A model generated the notes under the pieces. That model searched no databases. It had not been told where the DNA came from and saw only the letters and a list, made by a program, of their open reading frames with translations. A DNA stretch of 64,000 bases from the human T2T-CHM13v2.0 reference genome, Homo sapiens. The translations under genes were made by a program, and so were the position numbers. Below are positions 1 through 15,600 of the stretch, piece after piece; position 1 is the stretch's first letter; every line of letters starts with the position of its first letter. The stretch lies in the NCBI RefSeq assembly GCF_009914755.1, contig NC_060933.1; one strand, given 5' to 3'.

Positions 1-3000
1 AATGGAATCGAATGGAATGGAATGGAATCAACCCGAGTGCAGGGGAATGTAATGGAACGGAATGCAATGGAATGGAATCATCTGGAATGGAATGGAATGG
101 AATGGAATCAACCCGAGTGCAATGGAATGGAGTGGAATGGAATGGAATGGAATGTAAACAACCCGAATGGAATGGAATATACTGGAGTGTAAGGGAATTG
201 AATGGAATCAATCCGAATGTAATGGAATGGAATGGAAAGGAATGGAATGGAATGGAATGGAATTGAATGGAATCAACCCGAGTGTAATGGAATGGAATCG
301 AAAGGAATGGAAAGGAATGGAATGGATTCAACTCGACTGCAATGGAATGGAATAGAATGGAATGGAATGGAATGGAATGGAATGGAATGGAATGGAATTA
401 ACCCGAATAGAATGGAATGGAATGGAATGGAATGGAATGGACTGGAATGGATTCAACGCGAGTGCAGGGGAATGGAATGGAATGGAATGCAATGGAATGG
501 AATCTTCTGGAATGGAATGGAATGGAATGGAATGGAATGAAATGCAATGGATTCAACTCGATTGCAATGGAATGGAATAGAATGGAATGGAATGGAATGG
601 AATGGAATGGAATTAACCCGAATAGAATGGAATGGAATGGAACGGAATGGAACGGAATGGAATGGAATGGAATGGAATGGAATGGAATGGAATGGAATGG
701 TATTGAATGGAATGGAATGGTACGGAATAGAATGGAATGGAACGAATTGTAATGGAATGGAATTGAATGCAATGGAATGGAATGGAATGGAATCAACGCG
801 AGTGCAGGGGAATGTAATGGAACGGAATGCAATGGAATGGAATCATCCGGAATGGAATGGAATGGAATGGAATGGAATGGAATCAACCCGAGTGCAATGG
901 AATGGAGTGGAATGGAATGGAATGGAATGTAAACAACACGAATGGAATGGAATATAATAGAGTGTAAGGGAATTGAATGGAATCAATCCGAATGGAATGG
1001 AATGGAATGGAAAGGAATGGAATGGAATGGAATGGAATGGAATGGAATCAACCCGAGTGTAATGGAATGGAATCGAAAGGAATGGAAAGGAATGGAATGG
1101 ATTCAACTCGATTGCAATGGAATGGAATAGAATGGAATGGAATGGAATGGAATTAACCCGAATAGAATGGAATGGAATGGAATGGAACGCAACGGAACGG
1201 AATGGAATGGAATGGAATGGAATGGAATGGAATGGAATGGTATGGAATGGAATGGAATGGTGCGGAATAGAATGGAATGGAACGAATTGGAATGGAATGG
1301 AATCGAATGGAATGGAATGGAATGGAATCAACCCGAGTGCAGTGGAATGTAATGGAACGGAATGCAATGGAATGGAATCATCCGCAATGGAATGGAATGG
1401 AATGGAATGGAATCAACCCGAGTGCTTTGGAATGGAGTGGAATGGAATGGAATGGAATGTAAACAACCCGAATGGAATGGAATATAATGGAGTGTAAGGG
1501 AATTGAATGGAATCAATCCGAATGCAATGGAATGGAATGGAAAGGAATGGAATTGAATGGAATGGAATGGAATGGAATCAACCCGAGTGTAATGGAATGG
1601 AATCGAAAGGAATGGAAAGCAATGGAATGGATTCAACACCAATGTAATGGAAAGGAATGGAATCAACCCGAGTGGAATGGCATGGAATGGAATGGAAAGG
1701 AATGGAATGGAATGGTACAGAACGGAATGGATTGGAACGAAATGGAATGGAATGGAATGGAATGGAATGGAATCAACTCGATTGCAATGGAATGGAATGG
1801 AATGGAATGGAATAGTATGGAAGGGAATTAACCCGAATAGATTGGAATGGAATGGAAAGGAATCAACGCGAGTACAGGGGAATGGAATGGAATGGAATGC
1901 AATGGAATGGAATCATCCGTAAAGGAATGGAAAGGAATGGAATGGAATGGAATGGAATGGAATAGAATAGAATGGAATGGAGTGGAATCAACTCGATTGC
2001 AATAGAATGGAATGGAATGCAATTAACCCGAATAGAATGGAATGGAATGGAATGGAACGGAACGGAATGGGATAGAATGGAATGGAATGGAATGGAATGG
2101 AACGGAACGGAACGGAATGAAATGGAATGGAATGGAATGGAATGGAATCAACGCGAGTGCAGGGGAATGGAATGGAATGAAATGCAATGGAATGGAATCT
2201 TCCGGAATGGAATGGAATGGAATGGAATGGAATGGAATGGAATTAACACGAATAGAATGGAATGGAATGGAATGGAAAGGAAGGTAATGGAATGGAATGG
2301 AATGGAATCAACCCGAGTGCAGGGGAATGGAATGGAATGGAATGCAATGGAATGGAATCATCAGGAATGGAATGCAATGGAATGGAATGGAATGCAATGG
2401 AATGGAATCATCCGGAATGGAATGGAATGGAATGGAATGGAATGGAATGGAATGGAATGGAATCAACTCGATTCCAATGGAATGGAATGGAATAGAACGG
2501 AATGGAATTAACACGAATAGAATGGAATGGAATGGAATGGAACGGAACGGAATGGAATGGAATGGAATGGAATGGACTGGAATGGAATCAACCCGAATAG
2601 AATGGAATGGAATGGAATGGAACGGAACGGAACTGAATGGAATGAAATGCAATGGAATGGAATGGAATGGTATGGAATGGAATGGAATGGAATGGTAAGG
2701 AATAGAATGGAATGGAACAAATTGGAATGGAATGGAATCGAATGGAATGGAATGGAATCAACCCGAGTGCAGGGGAATGTAATGGAACGGAATGCAATGG
2801 AATGGAATCATCTGGAATGGAATGGAATGGAATGGAATCAACCCGAGTGCAATGGAATGGAGTGGAATGGAATGGAATGGAATGTAAACAACCCGAATGG
2901 AATGGAATATACTGGAGTGTAAGGGAATTGAATGGAATCAATCCGAATGTAATGGAATGGAATGGAAAGGAATGGAATGGAATGGAATGGAATTGAATGG

Positions 3001-3650
3001 AATCAACCCGAGTGTAATGGAATGGAATCGAAAGGAATGGAAAGGAATGGAATGGATTCAACTCGACTGCAATGGAATGGAATAGAATGGAATGGAATGG
3101 AATGGAATGGAATGGAATGGAATGGAATGGAATAGAATTAACCCGAATAGAATGGAATGGAATGGAATGGAATGGACTGGAATGGAATCAACGCGAGTGC
3201 AGGGGAATGGAATGGAATGGAATGCAATGGAATGGAATCTTCTGGAATGGAATGGAATGGAATGGAATGGAATGAAATGCAATGGATTCAACTCGATTGC
3301 AATGGAATGGAATAGAATGGAATGGAATGGAATGGAATGGAATTAACCCGAATAGAATGGAATGGAATGGAACGGAATGGAACGGAATGGAATGGAATGG
3401 AATGGAATGGAATGGAATGGTATTGAATGGAATGGAATGGTACGGAATAGAATGGAATGGAACGAATTGTAATGGAATGGAATTGAATGCAATGGAATGG
3501 AATGGAATGGAATCAACGCGAGTGCAGGGGAATGTAATGGAACGGAATGTAATGGAATGGAATCATCCGGAATGGAATGGAATGGAATGGAATGGAATGG
3601 AATCAACCCGAGTGCAATGGAATGGAGTGGAATGGAATGGAATGGAATGG
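1..3650 (+). repeat. Direct duplication, 1-~925 repeated at 2731-~3650 (offset 2730)
   Basis: ORFs 167..355 and 2897..3085 translate identically. Shared rare variants are CATCTGG (79/2809), ACTCGACTGC (331/3061), CTTCTGG (504/3239) and TATTGAAT (701/3421). Confidence 0.9.
2194..2208. promoter_or_regulatory. Perfect 3-unit heat-shock-element motif nGAAnnTTCnnGAAn (representative of ~28 copies)
   Basis: The sequence reads gGAAt cTTCc gGAAt, so the motif match is direct. Function is inferred from the known HSF1 binding to Satellite III. Confidence 0.5.
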
Positions 3651-6600
3651 AACAACCCGAATGGAACGGAATGTAATGGAGAGTAAGGGAGTTGAATAGA
3701 ATCAATCCGAATGTAATGGAATGGAATGCAACGGAGTGGAATGGAATGGAAAGGAATGGAATGCAATGGAATGGAATCAACCCGAGTACAATGGAATGGA
3801 ATGGAATGGAATGGAATGGAATGGAATGGAATGGAATGGAATGCCTTAAATCCGAATGGAATGGAAAGGAATGGAATCAACACGAGTGGAATGGAATGGA
3901 ATGGAATGGAATGGAATGGAATGGAATGATACGGAATAGAATGGAATGGAACGAAATGGAATGGAATGGAATGGAATGGAATGGAATGGAATGGAATGGA
4001 ATCGTTCCGAGTGGAATAGGTGGGAATGTATTCGAGTGGAATGGAAAGGAATGGAATCAACCAGAGTGGAATGGAAGGGAATGGAATGGAATGGAAACTA
4101 ATAGAATGGAATCAACCCGAGTGGAATGGAATGGAAAGGACTGGAATGGAATGGAATGGAATGGAATGGAATGGAGTCAACTCGATTGTAATGGAATGGA
4201 ATGGAATGGAATGGAATGGAATGGAATGGAATGGAATCGTTCCGAGTGGAATAGGAGGGAATGTATTCGAGTGGAATGGAAAGGAATGGAATCAACCAGA
4301 CTGGAATGGAAGGGAATGGAATGGAATGGAAACTAATAGAATGTAATCAACTCGATTGTAATGGAATGGAATGGAAAGGAATGGAATGGAAGGAATTAAG
4401 CCGAATACAATGGAATGGAATGGAATGGAACGGAATGGAGTGGAATGGAATGGAATCAACCCGAGTGCAGGGGAATGGAGTGGAATGGAATGCAATGGAA
4501 TGGAACAACCCGAATGGAATGGAATGGAATGGAAACTACCCGAAATGAATGGAATGTAATGGAGTGTATGGGAATTGAATAGAATCAATCCGAATGTAAT
4601 GGAATGGAATGGAACGGAATGGAATGAAATGGAATGGAATGGAATGGAATGGAATGGAATGCAATGGAATGGAATCAACCCGAGTGCAATTGAATGGAAT
4701 CGAATGGAATGGAATGCAATGGAATGGATTCAACTTGAATGGAATGGAAAGAATGGAATCAACACGAGTGGAATGGCATGGATTGGAATGGAATCAACCC
4801 GATTACAGGGGAATGGAATGGAATGGAATGGAATGCAATGGAATGGAATCTTCCGTAATGGAATGGAAAGGAATGGAATGGAATGGAATGGAATGGAATG
4901 GAATCAACTAGATTGCAATCGAATGGAATGGAATGGAATTAACCCGAATAGAATGGAATGGAATGGAATGGAACGGAACGGAATGGAATGGAATGGAATG
5001 GAACGGAACGGAATGGAATGGAAAGGAATGGAATGGAATGGAATGGACTGGAATGGAATCAACGCGAGTGCAGTGGAAAGGAATGGAATGGAATGCAATG
5101 GAATGGTATGTTCCGGAAAGGAATGGAATGGAATGGAATGGAATGGAATGGAATGCAATGCATTCAACTCGATTGCAATGGAATGGAATAGAATGGAATG
5201 GAATGGAATGGAAAGGAATGGAATCAACCCGAATAGAATGGAATGGAATGGAATGGAACGGAACGGAATGGAACGGAACGGAATGGATTGGAATGCAATG
5301 GAATGGAATGGAATGGTATGGAATGGAATGGAATGGTACGGAATAGAATGGAATGGAACGAATTGGAATGGAATGGAATCGAATGGAATAGAATGGAATC
5401 AACCCGAGTGCAGGGGAATGTAATGGAACGGAATGCAATGGAATGGAATCATCCGGAATGGAATGGAATGGAATGGAATGGAATCAACCCGAGTGCAATG
5501 GAATGGAGTGTAATGGAATGGAATGGAATGTAAACAACCCGAATGGAATGGAATATAATGGAGTGTAAGGGAATTGAATGGAATCAATCCGAATGTAATG
5601 GAATGGAATGGAAAGGAATGGAATGGAATGGAATGGAATGGAATGGAATGGAATGGAATCAACCCGAGTGTAATGGAATGGAATCGAAAGGAATGGAAAG
5701 GAATGGAATGGATTCAACTCGATTGCAATGGAATGGAATAGAATGGAATGGAATGGAATGGAATGGAATGGAATGGAATTAACCCGAATAGAATGGAATG
5801 GAATGGAATGGAACGCAACGGAACGGAATGGAATGGAATGGAATGGAATGGTATGGTGCGGAATAGAATGGAATGAAACGAATTGGAATGGAATGGAATC
5901 GAATGGAATGGAATGGAATGGAATGGAATCAACCCGAGTGCAGTGGAATGTAATGGAACGGAATGCAATGGAATGGAATCATCCGCAATGGAATGGAATG
6001 GAATGGAATGGAATCAACCCGAGTGCAATGGAATGGAGTGGAATGGAATGGAATGTAAACAACCCGAATGGAATGGAATATAATATAGTGTAAGGGAATT
6101 GAATGGAATCAATCCGAATGCAATGGAATGGAATGGAAAGGAATGGAATTGAATGGAATGGAATGGAATGGAATCAACCCGAGTGTAATGGAATGGAATC
6201 GAAAGGAATGGAAAGGAATGGAATGGATTCAACACCAATGCAATGGAAAGGAATGGAATCAACCCGAGTGGAATGGCATGGAATGGAATGGAAAGGAATG
6301 GAATGGAATGGTACAGAACGGAATGGATTGGAACGCAATGGAATGGAACGGAATGGAATGGAATGGAATGGAATGGAATGGAATCAACTCGATTGCAATG
6401 GAATGGAATGGAATGGAATGGAATAGAATGGAAGGGAATTAACCCGAATAGATTGGAATGGAATGGAATACAATCAACCCGAGTACAGGGGAATGGAATG
6501 GAATGGAATGCAATGGAATGGAATCATCCGTAAAGGAATGGAAAGGAATGGAATGGAATGGAATGGAATAGAATGGAATGGAATGGAATGGAATCAACTC

Positions 6601-9600
6601 GATTGCAATAGAATGGAACGGAATGGAATTAACCCGAATAGAATGGAATGGAATGGAATGGAATGGAACGGAACGGAACGGAACTGAATGGAATGGAATG
6701 CAATGGAATGGAATGGAATGGTATGGAATGGAATGGAATGGTACGGAATAGAATGGAATGGAACGAATTGGAATGGAATGGAATCGAATGGAATGGAATG
6801 GAATCAACCAGAGTGCAGGGGAATGTAATGGAACGGAATGCAATGGAATGGAATCATCCGGAATGGAATGGAATGGAATGGAATGGAATGGAATCAATCC
6901 GAGTGCAGTGGAATGTAATGGAACGGAATGCAATGGAATGGAATCATCCGCAATGGAATGGAATGGAATGGAATGGAATGGAATGGAATGGAATGGAATG
7001 GAATCAACCCGATTGCAATTGAATGGAGTGGAATGGAGTGGAATGGAATGTAAACAACCCGAATGGAATGGAATATAATGGAGTGTAAGGGAATTGAATG
7101 GAATCAATCCGAATGCAATGGAATGGAATGGAAAGGAATGGAATTGAATGGAATGGAATGGAATGGAATCAACCCGAGTGTAATGGAATGGAATCGAAAG
7201 GAATGGAAAGGAATGGAATGGATTCAACACCAATGTAATGGAAAGGAATGGAATCAACCCGAGTGGAATGGCATGGAATGGAATGGAATGGAATGGAATG
7301 GAATGGTACAGAACGGAATGGATTGGAACGAAATGGACTGGAATGGAATGGAATGGAATGGAATGGAATGGAAGGGAATTAACCCGAATAGATTGGAATG
7401 GAATGGAATGGAATCAACCCGAGTACAGGGGAATGGAATGGAATGGAATGCAATGGAATGGAATCATCCGTAATTGAATGGAAAGGAATGGAATGGAATG
7501 GAATGGAATGGAATAGAATGGAATGGAATGGAATGGAATCAACTCGATTGCAATAGAATGGAATGGAATGGAATTAACCCGAATAGAATGGAATGGAATG
7601 GAATGGAATGGAACGGAACGGAATGGAATAGAATGGAATGGAATGGAATGGAACGGAAAGGAATGGAATGAAATGGAATGGAATGGAATGGAATGGAATC
7701 AACACGAGTGCAGGGGAATGGAATGGAATGGAACGCAATGGAATGGAATCTTCCGCAATGGAATGGAATGGAATGGAATGGATTGGAATGGAATGGATAC
7801 AACTCGATTGCAATGGAATGGAATGGATTGGAATGGAATGGAATGGAATGGAATTAACCCGAATAGAATGGAATGGAATGGAATGGAAAGGAAGGTAATG
7901 GAATGGAATGGAATGGAATCAACCCGAGTGCAGGGGAATGGAATGGAATGGAATGCAATGGAATGGAATCATCCGGAATGGAATGCAATGGAATGGAATG
8001 GAATGCAATGGAATGGAATCATCCGGAATGGAATGGAATGGAATGGAATGGAATGGAATCAACTCGATTCCAATGGAATGGAATGGAATAGAACGGAATG
8101 GAATTAACATGAATAGAATGGAATGGAATGGAATGGAACGGAATGGAATGGAATGGAATGGATTCAACTCGATTGCAATGGAATGAAATAGAATGGAATG
8201 GAATGGAATGGAATGGAATTAACCCGAATAGAATGGAATGGAATGGATTGGAATGGAATGGAACGGAATGTAATGGAATAGAATGGAATGGAATCAACCT
8301 GAGTGCAGGGGAATGGAATGGAATGGAATGCAATGGAATGGAATCATCAGAAATGGAATGGAATGGAATGGAATGGAATGGAATGGAATGGAATTGAATG
8401 GAATCAACTCGATTTCAATGGAATGGAATGGAATAAAATGGAATGGAATTAACACGAATAGAATGGATTGGAATGGAATGGAATGGAACGGAAAGGAATG
8501 GAATGGAATGGAATGGAATCAACCCAAGTGCAGGGGAATGGAATGGAATGGAATTCAGTGGAATGGAATCATCTGGAATGGAATGGAATGGAATGGAATG
8601 GAATCGAATGGAATGGAATCAACCCGAGTGCAATGGAATGGAGAGGAATGGAATGGAATGGAATGGAAACTACCAGAATGGAATGGAATGTAATGGAGTG
8701 TAAGGGAATTGAATAGAATCAATCCGAATGAAATGGAATGGAATGGAACGGAATGGAATGAAATGGAATGGAATGGAATGGAATGGAATGCAATGGAATG
8801 GAATCAACCCGAGTGCTATCGAATGGAATCGAATGGAATGGAATGCAATGGAATGGATTCAACTTGAATGGAATGGAAAGAATGGAATCAACACGAGTGG
8901 AATGGCATGAATTGGAATGGAATGGAATGGAATCAACCCGAGTACAGGGGAATGGAATGGAATGGAATGGAATGCAATGGAATGGAATCATCCGTAATGG
9001 AATGGAAAGGAATGGAATGGAATGGAATGGAATGGAATGGAATGGAATCAACTAGATTGCAATCGAATGGAATGGAATGGAATTAACCCGAATAGAATGG
9101 AATGGAATGGAATGGAACGGAACAGAATGGAATGGAATGGAATGGAATGGAACGGAACGGAATGGAATGGAATGGAATGGAAAGGAATGGACTGGAATGG
9201 AATCAACGCGAGTGCAGGGGAATGGAATGGAATGGAATGCAATGGAATGGTATGTTCCGGAATGGAATGGAATGGAATGGAATGGAATGGAATGGAATGG
9301 AATGGAATGGAATGGAATGCAATGGATTCAACTCGATTGCAATGGAATGGAATAGAATGGAATGGAATGGAATGGAATGCAATCAACCCGAATAGAATGG
9401 AATTGAATGGAATGGAACGGAACGCAATGGAACGGAACTGAATGGAATGGAATGCAATGGAATGGAATGGAATGGTATGGAATGGAATGGAATGGTACGG
9501 AATAGAATGGAATGGAACGAAATGGAATGGAATGGAATCGAATGGAATGGAATGGAATCAACCCGAGTGCAGGGGAATGTAATGGAACGGAATGCAATGG

Positions 9601-12600
9601 AATGGAATCATCCGGAATGGAATGGAATGGAATGGAATGGAATCAACCCGAGTGCAATGGAATGGAGTGGAATGGAATGGAATGGAATGTAAACAACCCG
9701 AATGGAATGGAATATACTGGAGTGTAAGGGAATTGAATGGAATCAATCCGAATGTAATGGAATGGAATGGAAAGGAATGGAATGGAAAGGAATGGAATGG
9801 AATGCAATGGAATCAACCCGAGTGTAATGGAATGGAATCGAAAGGAATGGAAAGGAATGGAATGGATTCAACTCGATTGCAATGGAATGGAATAGAATGG
9901 AATGGAATGGAATGGAATGGAATGGAATGGAATTAACCCGAATAGAATGGAATGGAATGGAAAGCAACGGAACGGAATGGAATGGAATGGAATGGAATGG
10001 AATGGAATGGAATGGAATGGTATGGAATGGAATGGAATGGTGCGGAATAGAATGGAATGGAACGAATTGGAATGGAATGGAATCGAATGGAATGGAATGG
10101 AATGGAATGGAATCAACCCGAGTACAGTGGAATGTAATGGAACAGAATGCAATGGAATGGAATCATCCGCAATGGAATGGAATGGAATGGAATGGAATGG
10201 AATGGAATGGAATGGAATCAACTCGATTGCAATGGAATGGAATGGAATGGAATGGAATAGAATGGAATGGAATTAACCCGGATAGATTGGAGTGGAATGG
10301 AATGGAATCAACCCGAGTACAGGGGAATGGAATGGAATGGAATGGAATGGAATCAACCCGAGTACAGGGGAATGGAATGGAATGGAAAGCAATGGAATGG
10401 AATCATCCATAAAGGAATGGAAAGGAATGGAATGGAATGCAATGGAATGGTATAGAATGGAATGGAATGGAATGGAATCAACTCGATTGCAATAGAATGG
10501 AATGGAATGGAATTAACCCGAATAGAATGGAATGGAATGGAATGGAACGCAACGGAACGGAACGGAAAGGAGTGGAATGGAATGGAATGGAATGGAATCA
10601 ACGCGAGTGCAGGGGAATGGAATGGAATGGAATGCAATGGAATGGAATCTTCCGGAATGGAATGGAATGGAATGGAATGGAATGGAATGGAATGGATTCA
10701 ACTCGATTGCAATGGAATGGAATGGAATGGAATGGAATGGAATGGAATCAACCCGAATAGAATGGAATGGAATGGAATGGAACGGAAAGGAATGGAACGG
10801 AACGCAATTGAATGGAATACAATGGAATGGAATGGAATGGTATGGAATGGAATGGAACGGTACGGAATAGAATGGAATGGAACGAATTGGAATCGAATGG
10901 AATCGAATGGAATGGAATCAACCCGAGTGCAGTGGAATGTAAGGGAACGGAATGCAAAGGAATGGAATCATCCGCAATGGAATGGAATGGAATGGAATGG
11001 AATGGAATGGAATGGAATCAACCCGAGTGCAATGGAATGGAGTGGAATGGAATGGAATGTAAACAACCCGAATGGAATGGAATATAATATAGTGTAAGGG
11101 AATTGAATGGAATCAATCCGAATGCAATGGAATGGAATGGAAAGGAATGGAATTGAATGGAATGGAATGGAATGGAATCAACCCGAGTGTAATGGAATGG
11201 AATCGAAAGGAATGGAAAGGAATGGAATGGATTCAACACCAATGCAATGGAAAGGAATAGAATCAACCCGAGTGGAATGGCATGGAATGGAATGGAAAGG
11301 AATGGAATGGAATGGTACAGAACGGAATGGATTGGAAAGAAATGGAATGGAATGGAATGGAATGGAATGGAATGGAATGGAATGGAATCAACTCGATTGC
11401 AATGGAATGGATTGGAATGGAATGGAATGGAATAGAATGGAAGGGAATTAACCCGAATAGATTGGAATGGAATGGAATACAATCAACCCGAGTACAGGGG
11501 AATAGAATGGAATGGAATGCAATGGAATGGAATCATCCGTAAAGGAATGGAAAGGAATGGAATGGAATGAAATGGAATAGAATGGAATGGAATGGAATGG
11601 AATCAACTCTATTGAAATAGAATGGAACGGAATGGAATTAACCCGAATAGAATGGAATGGAATGGAATGGAACGGAACGGAACGGAATGAAATGGAATGG
11701 AATGGAATGGAATGGAATCAACGCGAGTGAAGGGGAATGGAATGGAATGGAATGCAATGGAATGGAATCTTCCGGAATGGAATGGAATGGAATGGAATGG
11801 AATGGAATGGAATGGAATGGATTCAACTCGATTGCAATGGAATGGAATGGAATGGAATGGAATGGAATGGAATGGAATGGAATTAACCCGAATAGAATGG
11901 AATGGAATGGAATAGAAAGGAATGTAATGGAATGGAATGGAATGGAATCAACCCGAGTGCAGGGGAATGGAATGGAATGGATTGCAATGGAATGGAATCA
12001 TCCAGAATGGAATGCAGTGGAATGGAATGGAATGCAATGGAATGGAATCATCCGGAATGGAATGGAATGGAATGGAATGGAATAGAATGGAATGGAATGG
12101 AATGGAATCAACTCGATTCCAATGGAATGGAATGGAATAGAACGCAATGGAATTAACACGAATAGAATGGAATGGAATGGAATGGAACGGAATGGAATGG
12201 AATGGAATGGATTCAACTCGATTGCAATGGAATGAAATAGAATGGAATGGAATGGAATGGAATGGATTTAACACGAATAGAATGGAATGGAATGGAATGG
12301 AATGGAATGTAATGGAATAGAATCGAATGGAATCAACCTGAGTGCAGGGGAATGGAATGGAATGGAATGCAATGGAATGGAATCATCAGGAATGGAAAGG
12401 AATGGAATGGAATGCAATGGAATGGAATCAACTCGATTTCAATGGAATGGAATTGAATAGAATGGAATGGAATTAACACGAATAGAATGGATTGGAATGG
12501 AATGGAATGGAACGGAAAGGAATGGAATGGAATGGAAAGGAATCAACCCAAGTGCAGGGGAATGGAATGGAATGGAATTCAGTGGAATGGAATCATCCGG

Positions 12601-15600
12601 AATGGAATGGAATGGAATGGAATGGAATGGAATCAACCCGAGTGCAATGGAATGGAGAGGAATGGAATGGAATGGAATGGAAACTACCCAAATGGAATGG
12701 AATGTAATGGAGTGTAAGGGAATTGAATAGAATCAATCCGAATGAAATGGAATGGAATGGATCGGAATGGAATGAAATGGAATGGAATGGAAAGGAATGG
12801 AATGCAATGGAATGGAATCAACCCGAGTGCAATCGAATGGAATCGAATGGAATGGAATGCAATGGAATGGATTCAAATTGAATGGAATGGAAAGAATGGA
12901 ATCAACACGAGTGGAATGGCATGGATTGGAATGGAATGGAATGGAATCAACCCGAGTACAGGGGAATGGAATGGAATGGAATGGAATGCAATGGAATGGA
13001 ATCATCGGTAATGGAATGGAAAGGAATGGAATGGAATGGAATGCAATGGAATCAACTAGATTGCAATCGAATGGAATGGAATGGAATTAACCCGAATAGA
13101 ATGGAATGGAATGGAATGGAACGGAACGGAATGGAATGGAATGGAATGGAATGGAATGGAATGGACTGGAATGGAATCAACGCGAGTGCAGGGGAATGGA
13201 ATGGAATGGAATGCAATGGAATGGTATGTTCCGGAATGGAATGGAATGGAATGGAATGGAATGCAATGGATTCAACTCGATTGCAATGGAATGGAATAGA
13301 ATGGAATGGAATGGAATGGAATGGAATCAACCCGAATAGAATGGAATGGAATGGAATGGAACGGAACGGAACGGAACGTAACTGAATGGAATGGAATGCA
13401 ATGGAATGGAATGGAATGGTATGGAATGGAATGGAATGGTACGGAATAGAATGGAATGGAACGAATTGGAATGGAATGGAATCGAATGGAATGGAATGGA
13501 ATCAACCCGAGTGCAGGGGAATGTATTGGAACGGAATGCAATGGAATGGAATCATCCGTAATGGAATGGAATGGAATGGAATGGAATGGAATCAACCCGA
13601 GTGCAATGGAATGGAGTGGAATGGAATGGAATGGAATCGAAACAACCCGAATGGAATGGAATATACTGGAGTGTAAGGGAATTGAATGGAATCAATCCGA
13701 ATGCAATGGAATGGAATGGAAAGGAATGGAATGGAATGGCATGGAATGTAATGGAATCAACCCGAGTGTAATGGAATGGAATCGAAAGGAATGGAAAGGA
13801 ATGGAATGGATTCAACTCGATTGCAATGGAGTGGAATAGAATGGAATGGAATGGAATGGAATGGAATGGAATGGAATGGAATGGAATGCAATGGATTCAA
13901 CTCGATTGCAATGGAATGGAATAGAATGGAATGGAATGGAATGGAATGGAATCAACCCGAATAGAATGGAATGGAATGGAATGGAACGGAACGGAACGGA
14001 ACAGAACAGAATGGAATGGAATGCAATGGAATGGAATGGAATGGCATGCAATGGAATGGAATGGTACGGAATAGAATGGAATGGAACGAATTGGAATGGA
14101 ATGGAATCGAATGGAATGTAATGGAATCAACCCGAGTGCAGGGGAATGTAATGGAACGGAATGCAATGGAATGGAATCATCCGGAATGAAATGGAATGGA
14201 ATGGAATGGAATCAACCCGAGTGCAATGGAATGGAGTGGAATGGAATGGAATGGAATGTAAACAACCCGAAGGGAATGGAATATAATGGAGTGTAAGGGA
14301 ATTGAATGGAATCAATCCGAATGTAATGGAATGGAATGGAAAGGAATGGAATGGAATGGAATGGAATGGAATGGAATGGAATGGAATCAACCCGAGTGTA
14401 ATGGAATGGAATCGAAAGGAATGGAAAGGAATGGAATGGATTCAACTCGATTGCAATGGAATGGAATAGAATGGAATGGAATGGAATGGAATGGAATGGA
14501 ATGGAATGGAATGGAATTAACCCGAATAGAATGGAATGGAATGGAATGGAACGCAACGGAACGGAATGGAATGGAATGGAATGGAATGGAATGGAATGGA
14601 ATGGTAAGGAATGGCATGGAATGGTGCGGAATAGAATGGAATGGAACGAATTGGAATGGAATGGAATCGAATGGAACGGAATGGAATGGAAAGGAATCAA
14701 CCCGAGTGTAATGGAATGGAATCGAAAGGAATGGAAAGGAATGGAATGGATTCAACACCAATGTAATGGAAAGGAATGGAATCAACCCGAGTGGAATGGC
14801 ATGGAATGGAATGGAAAGGAATGGAATGGAATGGTACAGAACGGAATGGATTGGAACGAAATGGAATAGAATGGAATGGAATGGAATGGAACGGAATCAA
14901 CTCGATTGCAATGGAATGGAATGGAATGGAATGGAATAGAATGGAATGGAATTAACCCGAATAGATTGGAATGGAATGGAATGGAATCAACCCGAGTACA
15001 GGGTAATCGAATGGAATGGAATGCAATGGAATGGAATCATCCGTAAAGGAATGGAAAGGAATGGAATGGAATGGAATGGAATGGAATGGAATAGAATGGA
15101 AAGGAATGGAATGGAATCTACTCGATTGCAATAGAATGGAATGGAATGGAATTAACCCGAATAGAATGGAATGGAATGGAATGGAACGGAACCGAATGGA
15201 ATAGATTGGAATGGAATGGAATGGAATGGAAGGGAACGGAAGGGAATGGAATGGACTGGAATGGAATCAACGCGAGTGCAGGGGAATGGAATGGAATGGA
15301 ATGCAATGGAATGGAATCTTCCAGAATGGAATGGAATGGAATGGATTCAACTCGATTGCAATGGAATGGAATGGAATGGAATGGAATAGAATGGAATGGA
15401 ATGGAATTAACCCGAATAGAATGGAATGCAATGGAATGGAAAGGAAGGTAATGGAATGGAATGGAATGGAATCAACCCGAGTGCAGGGGAATGGAATGGA
15501 ATGGAATGCAATGGAATGGAATCATCCGGAATGGAATGCAATGGAATGGAATGGAATGCAATGGAATGGAATCATCCGGAATGGAATGGAATGGAATGGA

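Noticed and set aside
41-45. GCAGGGG runs as G-quadruplex motifs
   Set aside because: These are isolated G4 runs hundreds of bases apart, with no four closely spaced G3+ tracts.
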